The notes: generated by a model from the sequence alone, not told the origin. Positions 38,984 to 49,094 are shown, counted from the stretch's first letter. The stretch: DNA of 64,000 nt from Bdellovibrionales bacterium (GCA_965116175.1 OZ220490.1:643548-707547), one strand, 5' to 3'. Numbers and translations: made by a program.

Positions 38984-39883
38984 TTAGTTAATTTCTACAG
39001 CTTCCACTTTTTGAAATTTAGATATCTTCCTCTGAAGAGTTTTTGCTTCTTTTAGGGAGTAACACATTTCTTCAAGATAAGCTACAGGAAGCCAGCCAAT
39101 ACATAACTTTTGAGGATTCCAGGATAAACCTATTTCAGAAAAATATTTTTCCTTTGTGTGAAACCATTTCTTCATTTTATCAAGTGAGTATAAATGCATA
39201 TCATAACCACGGCTAGGGCCTAAATATAATAAAAAGTCAGAAGCAAGCTTGCGAAATAACTGGATATGTTCAGTAGGAAGAGTCTCATCCTGACTCCAGT
39301 ACAGTTCCATCATATGACGCCCTACTTGTGCATAATTAATATAAATATTTCCAAATGTTTGATTTAAAACAGCATTCTCATAATCTTTATCTGTAAGTTC
39401 TTGCTTTTTCTGATTATAAAAGGTAATTGTAATATCTGCTTTTGAAACGCTTTTTTGATTACCATATTTCATATCATACAAATAAGATTCCATTTGATGA
39501 AGAACGACATTTAAATCATTCCAATATTGAAATGACTGTTTGGTCAAATCATTTTTAACCAAATGACGATCGGCAAAATTTACATGAATACGGTTTACTT
39601 CACTCTGAACATCAGTAAAATCCACTGTGCCAAAATCTATCTCAGGATGAAGAGGCTTTAAATTTTCAATTAAAGAGATAACTCTTTTAATGCCATTTTC
39701 TATCCCTACTTTAGGCTCTTTATAGAAGCCTGCAAATCTATCTTTTTCTCTTACACCATGTGGTAAATCATTTTTCACTAAACTTGCCCATCTTTGAGCC
39801 AAATCTGTTTGTCGGATATGAAATTTTAAATCAAAATGTTCTTTCTCAAGATTTGTCAAACGAATATTTAAACTTGTAAACAT
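38984..39883 (-). CDS. Hypothetical cytoplasmic protein (299 aa), orphan
   Basis: Long uninterrupted ORF with no signal peptide and no recognised motif. Confidence 0.55.
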   Translation of the reverse strand: MFTSLNIRLTNLEKEHFDLKFHIRQTDLAQRWASLVKNDLPHGVREKDRFAGFYKEPKVGIENGIKRVISLIENLKPLHPEIDFGTVDFTDVQSEVNRIHVNFADRHLVKNDLTKQSFQYWNDLNVVLHQMESYLYDMKYGNQKSVSKADITITFYNQKKQELTDKDYENAVLNQTFGNIYINYAQVGRHMMELYWSQDETLPTEHIQLFRKLASDFLLYLGPSRGYDMHLYSLDKMKKWFHTKEKYFSEIGLSWNPQKLCIGWLPVAYLEEMCYSLKEAKTLQRKISKFQKVEAVEIN

Positions 39884-40445
39884 CTTTAATTACCTAATTA
39901 ATCAAATAGTTTCTTGTAGCATCGTATGGGTAAAAAGTATATCTATTTAAGTAAGAACAGTCAAAAAATATTTAAAATTATCAAATACTATAATTTTTTT
40001 ACATTCCCTCTAATACATCTCAGTTATAATAAGGCTAATGAAAAGTCAGAAACTTGTATCTACAGAAGCAATGAGATTCTCTATTACCTCTTTATATGTT
40101 TGCTAATTTTTCTATACGCAAGCATCGGGAAAAGCTTTGCAGCTTTAACCGTGAACAAATGAGCCTCACTGAATGCATATTATTCAAAACAACAGCAGAC
40201 AGCTATAGTGGTAAGAACTGTGAGTTTCTTATGGGAATCTGTTTGCCTTAATCTATACAGTCAGGAGGAATAAAACACTGTCATTTATTCTTAATTCATT
40301 AGCTTATATTTAATATAAAAATGCATAAAGATAACAAAAAAGATTATGATTTAAGCAATGAAACTTGCCACAAAGCGTTAGGAACCTTTAAGAAGTTGTA
40401 TAAATATATTAAACTTATTAAGTTAAGCAAAATATAGGTGGGAAG

Positions 40446-40709
40446 ATGCTGGTTGTAGGCAAAATTATAAAATTAGAATGCAATGAAACAACAAAGTATG
40501 GTTTTATAAAAATTGAAGATATAGAAGACAAAGTTCTTTTTAACACCCTTTCATTTTTCCACAATATCTGTTTTGAAGATTTAAAAGTTGGTGACAAAGT
40601 TAGCATCTATGTCAAACAAACAGATCAAGGCCCCTTTGCAGAAAGCCTGACTTTATTTAGGCATCCTTCTCAAAAAGACATCCCTGTTCCTCCAGAATCC
40701 AGTTTGTAA
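40446..40709 (+). CDS. Small protein with divergent cold-shock-domain-like (OB-fold) pattern
   Basis: GKIIKL...KYGFIKIED..DKVLFNT......FEDLKVGDKVSIYVKQTDQGPFAESL parallels the CspA layout (VKWF..KGFGFI...DVFVH....F..L.EGQ.V.F....G.KG..A..V). RBS GGTGGGAAG. Confidence 0.45.
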   Translation: MLVVGKIIKLECNETTKYGFIKIEDIEDKVLFNTLSFFHNICFEDLKVGDKVSIYVKQTDQGPFAESLTLFRHPSQKDIPVPPESSL

Positions 40710-40836
40710 TTTCTTTTGTTTCTTTAATAATCTTACAAAACTATTAATTTCAAAATTCTATTTGATTTAAACATAGGTCTAAAGCTTGACACAGTGAAAG
40801 TTCTCCAGTATAAATTAAACCCGTGAAGAGGTATTC

Positions 40837-41796
40837 ATGAAAAATTTATCAATTTGCATTTTGTTAGGTATTTTCTCCACTATTGCTTGTGCACAAAAAA
40901 ATCCTACAGAACAGGCACAAGTTCAGCTAGAACAAAAGACTGAAACCCCCAAAATAAAACAGGTACAAGTTCAGCCAGAACAAAAGACTGAAACCCCCAA
41001 AATAAAACAGGTACAAGTTCAGCCAGAACAAAAGACTGAAACCCCCAAAATAAAACAGGTACAAGTTCAGCCAGAACAAAAGACTGAAGCCCCTAAAACA
41101 AAACAGGCGCAAACTAAACCTTCTCAAAAGGAAGCCCCTAAAACAGAACGGGCGCAAACTAAACCTTCTCAAAAGAAGGCCCCTAAAACAGAACGGGCGC
41201 AAACTAAACCTTCTCAAAAGAAGGCCCTTAAAATAGAACGGGCGCAAACTAAACCTTCTCAAAAGGAGGCCCCTAAAACAGAACGGGCGCAAACTAAACC
41301 TTCTCAAAAGAAGGCCCCTAAAACAGAACGGGCGCAAACTAAACCTTCTCAAAAGAAGGCCCCTAAAACAGAACGGGCGCAAACTAAACCTTCTCAAAAG
41401 AAGGCCCCTAAAACAGAACGGGCGCAAACTAAACCTTCTCAAAAGAAGGCCCCTAAAACAGAACGGGCGCAAACTAAACCTTCTCAAAAGGAAGCCCCTA
41501 AAACAGAACAAACTTCTCAGGAGCCTATAGATCCTAAAGAAAAGCCTAAAGCTGTTGTTCAAAAAACTAACAACACTGATTCCACAGTTTCTGTTCAGGT
41601 CGGAGTTCAATATGAATGTGATAATAACAAATCTTATATTCTCCATGAACCCGGCACAAACTATGAAGGCAGTCTTTGTGAATTAGATGCTGGACATACA
41701 GAAAGTCTTGTAGACTGGTATGCTTTACATGATTCTTCTTTTTGCAGACAAAAACTTCAGGAAATGATAGAGCAACATAAGTGTTCTGTAAAATAA
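40837..41796 (+). CDS. Repeat-rich lipoprotein (Lys/Gln/Pro/Thr repeats) with Cys-containing C-terminal domain
   Basis: Lipobox STIAC. 4 x 16-aa VQPEQKTETPKIKQVQ units, then about 9 x 15-aa TKPSQKKAPKTERAQ units. The C-terminal roughly 80 aa contain 5 Cys. Confidence 0.75.
   Translation: MKNLSICILLGIFSTIACAQKNPTEQAQVQLEQKTETPKIKQVQVQPEQKTETPKIKQVQVQPEQKTETPKIKQVQVQPEQKTEAPKTKQAQTKPSQKEAPKTERAQTKPSQKKAPKTERAQTKPSQKKALKIERAQTKPSQKEAPKTERAQTKPSQKKAPKTERAQTKPSQKKAPKTERAQTKPSQKKAPKTERAQTKPSQKKAPKTERAQTKPSQKEAPKTEQTSQEPIDPKEKPKAVVQKTNNTDSTVSVQVGVQYECDNNKSYILHEPGTNYEGSLCELDAGHTESLVDWYALHDSSFCRQKLQEMIEQHKCSVK
40921..41517. repeat. Two adjoining tandem coding repeat arrays: 48 bp x4 (40921-41112) and 45 bp x~9 (41113-41517)
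   Basis: Near-identical units read directly from the sequence. The main variable position is AAG GAA vs AAG AAG (KE vs KK). Confidence 0.9.
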
Positions 41797-42086
41797 GTTA
41801 CCAATTAACCTAACTTCCTTTGAATTTAAAGAAAAACTCGAAAAAAAGCTTATTCCAATTCTTTCTATTTCTATGTAAATACCTGCCTCAACAAAATTTA
41901 TTCCCCTCCTGATCCCCTTATATAGTGTGGACAAAGATGACGAGTTCATCTATGTAATAACAATCTAAGAAAGAGGAGGTTTTCTAAGATGAGAAGATAT
42001 AATGATGAGTGGAAGTCACAGACTTTAAAACAAAAAAGCTCAAATGCATTATGCTTAAGATAAAATCTGAATGGAAAATAGGCTGT

Positions 42087-43049
42087 TTAATCAGAAAATG
42101 CCACACAGCCAGTTTTTATTTTATTGTAGATAGTTTTTACAGAGATTCCTAAAGCTCTAGCACTGGCTTGCTTTGATTGAAAATGTTCAAGAGACATTTG
42201 AATATAATGATTAATTATGTCTTCAAGAGTTAAAGAGGGATTATACTTAATGATTTGATCAAGGATAACACTCTTTTTACCTTTTATAGGAAGATGATCT
42301 TTTGTTATAAATTCCTTATCTGAGTGCAAAATAGATACCTTAAAGCAAACATCTTTTAGTTCTTTTACATTTTCCTTCCAAAAATGATGTTTTAAAACCC
42401 GCAATGCCTGTTCTGTCATACGGCCCTTAAAAGCATTTTGTTTATTAAATAAAGAAACCAAAACAGGAATATCCTCCTGTCTCTCAGACAGCAAAGGCAA
42501 AATTAAAAGATTTTGACTTAAAATCTCAAAAATATGTTGAGAAAACTGATTTTCTTTTACCATTTTGGAAAGATTTTCTGAAGCTGCACAAATTAAACGA
42601 GGTGATGTTTCTCTTTTTTTATGATTAATAAGATGATATAAAAACTTTTCTTGTAAGGCTGGCTTAAAGCATTCTATCCCTTTTATAAATAGAGTGTTGT
42701 TGATGCCACTGTTTAAAAGGCCTTTCTCATGCCCACCTTTGCCAAAAAGTCTACTTTCAATAGTGTGCTGATCAAGGTCATAACAAAAAAAATTGATAAG
42801 CCTTCTTTGTTGCTTGTTCTCACCTTTGTTAAATATTTCAAAAGCCGCTGTTGTTCGGCCTGTCCCCTTAGCTCCTAAAATTAATATAGGGGATTTTATA
42901 AAAGCCAAGTCCTTTATTTTTTCATACAATATTTGCATAATAGGAGATTCAGAAATAAAAACAGATCCTGAATGATTTGTGCGTATTGAATCTTCTTTAA
43001 AACCTCCTTCCAAACTCACTTGATTACGACCTGCCTGTAGAAAAATCAT
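42087..43049 (-). CDS. Sigma-54 activator-like AAA+ protein with Fis-type HTH, degenerate (no GAFTGA, no Walker B, no sensor domain)
   Basis: FISESPIMQ...ILILGAKGTGRTT, ESRLFGKGGHEKGLLNSG, TLFIKGIE (instead of TLFLDEI), RLICAAS, LSERQEDIPVLV, WKENVKEL (for WPGNVREL) and C-terminal ARALGISVKTIYNKIK. Confidence 0.7.
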   Translation of the reverse strand: MIFLQAGRNQVSLEGGFKEDSIRTNHSGSVFISESPIMQILYEKIKDLAFIKSPILILGAKGTGRTTAAFEIFNKGENKQQRRLINFFCYDLDQHTIESRLFGKGGHEKGLLNSGINNTLFIKGIECFKPALQEKFLYHLINHKKRETSPRLICAASENLSKMVKENQFSQHIFEILSQNLLILPLLSERQEDIPVLVSLFNKQNAFKGRMTEQALRVLKHHFWKENVKELKDVCFKVSILHSDKEFITKDHLPIKGKKSVILDQIIKYNPSLTLEDIINHYIQMSLEHFQSKQASARALGISVKTIYNKIKTGCVAFSD

Positions 43050-43581
43050 TTTATTCTCCTTTCTTTTCCAATATTGAGTAGCCTATTTTTCTAAAAAGAT
43101 TTTTTTTAAACATAAAATTATTTTTATCATTCAATAATGAAACAGCCTTATATATAAAGGGTTTTGTTTTTTTTCTCAATGAAAACAAGGAATTGTGAAG
43201 CTTGAATAAAATGAATTTACATAATCTTCAAAAAAGTGTTCAAAAAGTTAACTGTGTCTTAAAAAAAATAACAAAAACAAAAACAATACTTTTTAAAATT
43301 AAATGTTATGAAATTTATTTTTTTCAAAAAGGAATCTATTGTATTTTTAAAAACTTAAAAACTCTTAAAGTCTTTTTTTTAAAGCATAAAAGTATATTCT
43401 GTTTATAATTTAAATTTTCTGGAATACAAATGTCACTAATTTCTTAAATAAACATAAAAGATTTCTTTGAATTTTTTTCAAAAAGTTGACAAGACAATAC
43501 ACAAAAAATGATTATGTCTTGAAATTGATCAAAGAGTGGAGATGCGCCACTAAAAAATGAATAAAAAGGAGGAGTATCATA

Positions 43582-45396
43582 ATGAAAAACATTTTCTATC
43601 TAATGAGTCTATTTTATTTGATTTCTTGTGGGCAGCATTTGTCTTTATCTTCCTCTGGTGAGTCCGATCAAGAAAACTATCAGATGTCTGACGATCCTCA
43701 AATCTATCTCAGCCGTCAAAATATCTCTGTAAATATACAAACCATAAATAGAGAAAATTTTGTTCTCCATTTATCTGATAAATTTATTTTTTCTGATCAG
43801 GAAAAAACAGAGCCTTCAGTGAATTGGGGTAAGTTAAAACCTCTTGAACAAGAGGAATCCACAAAAGTTAAAGTGTCCTCCTTTTGTTCTTATAACAAAG
43901 AACAAACAGATGGTGAACACAGTAGAATTGTACAGGAAATCAGCAGTGAAACTTATATATGGACTTTTTCTATTTTTGAATTGCTTCCAAAAAAAATTTT
44001 ATTAAGGCAAATAAATAAAACTTTTTATTGCAGTTTTGTTTTTGCTTTTAAGGATTCCAAAGGTGTTTTTCATTATTATAATATAGCTCAACAAACTATT
44101 GAACCTTCTTTTACAGGCAATGCCATTAATAAACTGTCTCTAATTAGAGAAACAGAAACAGGCCGTCACCTTCCCGTTGATAATGAAGTTATTAATAAAG
44201 AAAATCTGCATAAAATCTTACTCTTAAATACAACAGAAATACCAGCTCAGAAATATCACCTGTTTTGTGAGGATCTAAAAATAATAAGCTTTTCAACTTC
44301 TGAATCAACGACAATACCCTTATTTGTATACCTGATAAATCTTAAAGTGGAGCAATGGCCTGAAAATGTAAAAAAGTGTCGTGTGTTTTCTGAAGATGGA
44401 AAAAGACTAACAGGGATGAGCAATATTTTTAACCTGGATTTTAATTCCATAAGGAATGAATCTCAAAATATTAAAATACAGGACATTGATTTAACACAAA
44501 TCAAAGATTTTTTAGTTATGGATATAGCTCAAATGCCGAAAGAAGGAGGGCAAACAATACCTATAAACAGTCATTTTTATTTTAGCTATTCTGATCAGAC
44601 TGACAGTGCAACACAAAATTACAATTTTATTGATATAACAGTAAACACCCTATGCTTTAATAAACATATTTTTGGAAGAGGCAAAGTCTCAAACAATACT
44701 TACACTTTTCCTTTTCGCAGAAAGTTTCCTATTATGGCTGTTACTCCAAAAAAAGCATTTGTGATGAATATTGGGACATACAGTGATATGGAAAGGATAC
44801 GAAGTAAATTCTTAAAAACAAAAAAGAGGTTTTATGTGAGGGACAGAATAACCAGAAAAAAGTATACAAGCTATTGTATATATAAATTAACACTAACAAA
44901 TAGGCATAGACCGGAAAACAAACAAGAATTTGAAGAAAAAAATTATTCAATAAAATGGGAAAATAAACCTTATGGAGTTCAATACAGACCTTTAGACAAC
45001 TATAAGTCCATAACACCTTTTCCTAATTGGGAAAACAAAGCAAAAATATCAGAAAGGTTTTTAAGACTAGAGGATATAGATACAAACAAGGCTGGACATA
45101 TCAGTTTTAATTTTTTTGATACAGTTGATGATGATTCTTTCTTTATAGAAGGTCATAAAGTCAATCATGTAAAATTGGAATGTCACAGTGGTAAAAATAA
45201 AGACAGTAAATCCAACTCTATAATTATTAACTGGCCCTATAGTATCTTGGATAATCCTCTTTTATTAAAAACATTTTTTCAAAATCCTGAAATCAGAGCC
45301 TATATCAGAAAAAATATAGTGGCTATATGCCGTTTGATGCTTTATGAGGATGAACTGCTCAGATACTTTTCAGGGGAGATGAAAATCACAATATAA
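43582..45396 (+). CDS. Hypothetical lipoprotein (604 aa), orphan
   Basis: RBS AAGGAGGAG. Lipobox YLISCG. No recognised motif. Confidence 0.6.
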   Translation: MKNIFYLMSLFYLISCGQHLSLSSSGESDQENYQMSDDPQIYLSRQNISVNIQTINRENFVLHLSDKFIFSDQEKTEPSVNWGKLKPLEQEESTKVKVSSFCSYNKEQTDGEHSRIVQEISSETYIWTFSIFELLPKKILLRQINKTFYCSFVFAFKDSKGVFHYYNIAQQTIEPSFTGNAINKLSLIRETETGRHLPVDNEVINKENLHKILLLNTTEIPAQKYHLFCEDLKIISFSTSESTTIPLFVYLINLKVEQWPENVKKCRVFSEDGKRLTGMSNIFNLDFNSIRNESQNIKIQDIDLTQIKDFLVMDIAQMPKEGGQTIPINSHFYFSYSDQTDSATQNYNFIDITVNTLCFNKHIFGRGKVSNNTYTFPFRRKFPIMAVTPKKAFVMNIGTYSDMERIRSKFLKTKKRFYVRDRITRKKYTSYCIYKLTLTNRHRPENKQEFEEKNYSIKWENKPYGVQYRPLDNYKSITPFPNWENKAKISERFLRLEDIDTNKAGHISFNFFDTVDDDSFFIEGHKVNHVKLECHSGKNKDSKSNSIIINWPYSILDNPLLLKTFFQNPEIRAYIRKNIVAICRLMLYEDELLRYFSGEMKITI

Positions 45397-45611
45397 TGTA
45401 CTGAGAACAAAAATTAAGTGACTTTTTCTTTAGGAAATAAGCTTTTCATTACATAGAAGCCTAAATTCTTCAAATAAAATTCATAAAATACTAGGCTAAA
45501 TACTGGTTTTTTTTAAACTAAAAGAATAATTTTTTTCATAATCAAGCTAAAGGTCTGTATTTAACTATCCGATTTATTTATCGTAAGTTGAGCTAAAACC
45601 AAAAGGAGAAT

Positions 45612-46274
45612 ATGATGATATGTCCAAGATGCAATAACCAAACAGAGCAAGTAAGCAACACATTTATCTGTAAATGTGGCTGGAGTTATTCTACTAAAAA
45701 AACAGAGTCTTCTGAAAAACACATTATTCTTGGTATGGTTTTTGCTGTTACTTTGATAGCAGTCTGTTTATTTCACTTTTTTCAATGGGGATCACATGGT
45801 TTTAGTGTGATTTTAGCGGAACCGAATAAAAAAGTTAATATTTGTATGGATTTAAAAAAATATGACTGCGTAGAAAAAAATTATACAAAACTTTTTCAAA
45901 AAACAGGGGATTTAACATTTCTGGAGAAACTTGGGGAACTTCAATTTAAAAGGGGAAAGTTTGATGAATCTGAAAAAACCTACCAAATGTATTTTTCAAA
46001 AAATGGAAAAAGTTATAAAGCCGCTTACTATTATGCCCATAGTTTGGCTAAAGTGGAAAATATTGAAGGAGCTATCCAATATTTTGATTCCATATTAAGA
46101 AGTAAACCACAAGTTCTCATGGTTACAATTATGGAATCCTATCTGGAGATTTTGGTTTCTCACAATCGCATTAATAAAGCCAAAGAGGTTTTGTCATGGG
46201 CAAATAAAGTCAATAAAGGATCTGCCAATACCTTAAATCAAATAGAAGCCTGGCGTAAAAGATTTAATATTTAA
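45612..46274 (+). CDS. Zinc-ribbon / single-TM / TPR-like protein
   Basis: N-terminal CPRC...CKC, one TM segment (IILGMVFAVTLIAVCLFHFF) and C-terminal TPR-like helices. Confidence 0.5.
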   Translation: MMICPRCNNQTEQVSNTFICKCGWSYSTKKTESSEKHIILGMVFAVTLIAVCLFHFFQWGSHGFSVILAEPNKKVNICMDLKKYDCVEKNYTKLFQKTGDLTFLEKLGELQFKRGKFDESEKTYQMYFSKNGKSYKAAYYYAHSLAKVENIEGAIQYFDSILRSKPQVLMVTIMESYLEILVSHNRINKAKEVLSWANKVNKGSANTLNQIEAWRKRFNI

Positions 46275-46371
46275 CCTTCCTATCCTGACCCTCATTTCAA
46301 TGAGACAACTTGTCTAAGAGATTAATATTCTCAATTACAAACTAGCCGGTTTTTTCTATCTTTTCTTTTTT

Positions 46372-48966
46372 TTAGTCTGATTTGTTTTTTATGACTTTGT
46401 GTTTTTTTGCTCTTTTGTTTTCTTTTTTTAAGTCTTTATTGGAGCCCGCTTTAAACTTTTTTTTACCGGATCTTTTTTTAACATCTTTGCCCTTTATAAC
46501 TTTAAGGACATCTTCAAGATTAAGTTTTAAAGGATCTACATCTTTTGAAAGGCTGTAATTTTTATTTTTGAACTTAATGTAAGGGGAATAGCCTTCCAAA
46601 ATTTTGATTGTCTCTTTATTATGAGTAAATTCTTTAAGGGCTTTGCCTGTTCTTTTTTTGCCTTTTTTCTCTTGAGAAAGAATGCTTAAAGCCTCTTTAA
46701 GCCCTAAAGATAAAAAACCTTCATTGGAAGGCACAGAGCGGAAGTCTCCATCATGCACAATATAAGGGCCATACCTCCCTATGCTTTTTTTTATCTCTTT
46801 TTTTGTCTTAGGATGATGACCCAAAACTTTAGGAAGCTCTAAAAGCTGTAAAGCCTGATCCAACTTTAGACCTTCAAGAGATAAAAACTTGGGAATCCCG
46901 GCCCGTTTTTCTCCTCCCTCAAGCTCTAAATAAGGGCCAAAACGACCTGTTCTTATAAAAATTTTCTTTTTGCTTTTTGGCTCAACTCCAAGAATCTGCT
47001 CTTTATTTTCTTTTGGCTTTAAAATTTCTTCTATTCTTTCAGAAGTCATATCTGATAAAAAGAGGTCCTCCGGTAAAGAGGACTTAAGCTCTTTTTTTCC
47101 TTTTTTTTGAGTCATATAAGCGCCAAACCGGCCAACATGAAAGTTTATCCCTTTAAAAGGATTAAAATGTAGTACTTTGGATTTTGAGCTGTCTATAGTT
47201 TTTTCACGCTCCTCCACTTGTTTTTTTAGCCCTTTTCTTCCTTTATAAATCGCATTTAAATATTTAACATAATCTGTTTTTCCCAAAGCAATATCATCAA
47301 GGGCCCCTTCCATTTTGGATGTAAAATCAAGATCCACATAGTCTGATAAATGCTCACTCAAAAGTTTTGTAACCGCCAAAGCTGTAAAAGTAGGAGCTAA
47401 ATTTTTGTTCACCTTTTTTACATAACCTCTATCCTGAATAGTCGCAATGATAGGGGCGTAAGTTGAAGGGCGTCCAACTCCTTCTGCCTCCAATTTTTGA
47501 ATAAGTGAAGCTTCATTATAACGAAAAGGGGGCTGAGTTTCACGATGCTTACTGAAGAGTTTTAAACACTTTAACTGATCCCCTTTTTTTAAAGAAGGAA
47601 GAAGAGAGTCCCCCTCCTCTTGATCCTTATAAACTCTGTAAAAGCCGGGAGAAACAATTCTTAGTCCTGAAGAGGAAAACAGAGCCTCTCCAGCTTTGAT
47701 ATGAAGACTGGTTTGCTCCTGTTTACAGTTTTTCATTTGGCAGGCCAGAGTTCTTTGCCATATTAACTGGTAAAGTTTTAACTCATTATCTGTTAAGCCT
47801 GTTTTTTCCGGACTCTTAAACTCCTGTCCCGCCGGGCGAATAGCCTCATGGGCCTCCTGAGCGCCCTTAGCCTTTGCTTTATAAACCCGCGCCTTTAAAG
47901 TTAACTCATCCTTTCCGTAAAGTTTGGAAACCGCTTTTCTTATTCCAGCTATAGCCTCATTGGAAAGCTGGGTGGAGTCTGTTCTCATATAAGTTATAAA
48001 CCCCTTCTCGTAAAGTTTTTGAGCTAAAGACATAGTCTGGCGAGGCGAAAAATTAAGCTTTCTATTTCCTGCCTGTTGCAAGGTGGATGTTATAAAAGGC
48101 GCTTTTGGAGATCTGGAAATGGGCTTTCTTTCAACTTTCTGAACTGTCCACACATTTTTTTTTATTTTTTTCAAAAGCGCTTCAGCTTCTTTTTCCTTTA
48201 AATGAAAAAGTTTTTTATTTTTTATCTGCCCTTTACTGTCAAAGTCTTTGCCTGCCGCCAGTCTTTTGGATTTCCACGAATGCAGATAAGAGGAAAATTT
48301 TATTTGTTTTTGGAGAGGCTTCTTATCAGGAGATAACTCTGCTTCTATATTATAATAAGAGGCTTTAACAAAATTCATTCGCTCTATTTCCCTCTTACTG
48401 ATAAGTTTAACCGCCACAGACTGAACACGGCCTGCAGAAAGCTTTGCTGTGATCTTTTTCCATAAAAGAGGGGAGATAGTGTAACCTACCAAACGATCCA
48501 AAACCCTTCTGGCCTCCTGAGCCTGAACAAGCCCCTTATTAATAGGGCGGTAACCTTTCAAAGCTTGTTGGATGGCTGATTTCGTGATTTCGTGAAATGC
48601 AATTCTTTTAACAGGGATTTTTGGCTTAAGAATTTGGGAAAGATGCCAGCTGATGCTTTCCCCCTCTCTATCTTCATCCGTTGCAAGAATTAACTCACTG
48701 GCTTTTTTAAGCTCTTCTTTTAAAGACTTAACAACTTTGGCTTTGGACTGCGGGATACAGTAAATAGGTTCAAAATTTTCATCTACATTGACCCCAAGAT
48801 TTTTCCAAGGTTTCTTTTTATACTTTTCCGGTATATCTTTGGCTGATTCAGGAAGATCCCTAATATGCCCCATGCAGGCTAAAACCTTGTAACTGGAATC
48901 CAAAAAACGGCTGATAGTTTTTGCTTTTGTAGGGGACTCTACAATAAGCAGCTTTTTTTTCGGCAT
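46372..48966 (-). CDS. topA: DNA topoisomerase I
   Basis: Toprim LLIVESPTKAKTI, active-site Tyr ITYMRTDS and four Cys-less C-terminal repeats (GRFGAY, GRFGPY, GRYGPY, GYSPY). Lys-rich tail. Confidence 0.92.
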   Translation of the reverse strand: MPKKKLLIVESPTKAKTISRFLDSSYKVLACMGHIRDLPESAKDIPEKYKKKPWKNLGVNVDENFEPIYCIPQSKAKVVKSLKEELKKASELILATDEDREGESISWHLSQILKPKIPVKRIAFHEITKSAIQQALKGYRPINKGLVQAQEARRVLDRLVGYTISPLLWKKITAKLSAGRVQSVAVKLISKREIERMNFVKASYYNIEAELSPDKKPLQKQIKFSSYLHSWKSKRLAAGKDFDSKGQIKNKKLFHLKEKEAEALLKKIKKNVWTVQKVERKPISRSPKAPFITSTLQQAGNRKLNFSPRQTMSLAQKLYEKGFITYMRTDSTQLSNEAIAGIRKAVSKLYGKDELTLKARVYKAKAKGAQEAHEAIRPAGQEFKSPEKTGLTDNELKLYQLIWQRTLACQMKNCKQEQTSLHIKAGEALFSSSGLRIVSPGFYRVYKDQEEGDSLLPSLKKGDQLKCLKLFSKHRETQPPFRYNEASLIQKLEAEGVGRPSTYAPIIATIQDRGYVKKVNKNLAPTFTALAVTKLLSEHLSDYVDLDFTSKMEGALDDIALGKTDYVKYLNAIYKGRKGLKKQVEEREKTIDSSKSKVLHFNPFKGINFHVGRFGAYMTQKKGKKELKSSLPEDLFLSDMTSERIEEILKPKENKEQILGVEPKSKKKIFIRTGRFGPYLELEGGEKRAGIPKFLSLEGLKLDQALQLLELPKVLGHHPKTKKEIKKSIGRYGPYIVHDGDFRSVPSNEGFLSLGLKEALSILSQEKKGKKRTGKALKEFTHNKETIKILEGYSPYIKFKNKNYSLSKDVDPLKLNLEDVLKVIKGKDVKKRSGKKKFKAGSNKDLKKENKRAKKHKVIKNKSD

Positions 48967-49094
48967 AGGGGATATTATTAGCCATTCCTATTTTAAGATT
49001 CAAGGCTTTTATTATAAAATACAGGTCATCTGGTTGTATTCTCAGCCTTTTGCAATCATTTTCCACAAAAAAACCTAAATATAAAGACAATGTA

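Noticed and set aside
39926-40162. 78-aa ORF in the AT-rich gap after the 299-aa gene
   Set aside because: Low-complexity AT-driven sequence (KYIYLSKNSQKIFKIIKYYNFF), with no RBS and no motif.
41113-41517. Regularly spaced near-identical 45-bp repeats that could be mistaken for a CRISPR array
   Set aside because: The units are contiguous with no unique spacers, are in frame within a lipoprotein ORF, and no cas genes are nearby.
40927-41646. 239-aa minus-strand ORF (FCFRGLLLRRFSLRP repeats)
   Set aside because: It is an antisense artefact of the 45/48-bp coding repeats. The sense strand has a lipobox, an RBS context and a non-repetitive C-terminal domain.
41989-42063. 24-codon ORF with a strong RBS (AGAGGAGG): MRRYNDEWKSQTLKQKSSNALCLR, reminiscent of an IS3 OrfA N-terminus
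   Set aside because: It is too short for a confident family assignment. At best it is another IS scar, so it is noted only as weak support for decay in this region.
43202-43408. 68-aa ORF in the 530-bp intergenic region upstream of the 604-aa lipoprotein gene
   Set aside because: Extremely AT-rich low-complexity product with a non-ATG start. More likely promoter or curved DNA.
48860-49090. 76-aa minus-strand ORF overlapping the topA start
   Set aside because: Its upstream extension is the frameshifted continuation (LDEIQYKPDLFQI) of the ATPase remnant. The rest overlaps the topA 5' end and leader. It is not an independent gene.
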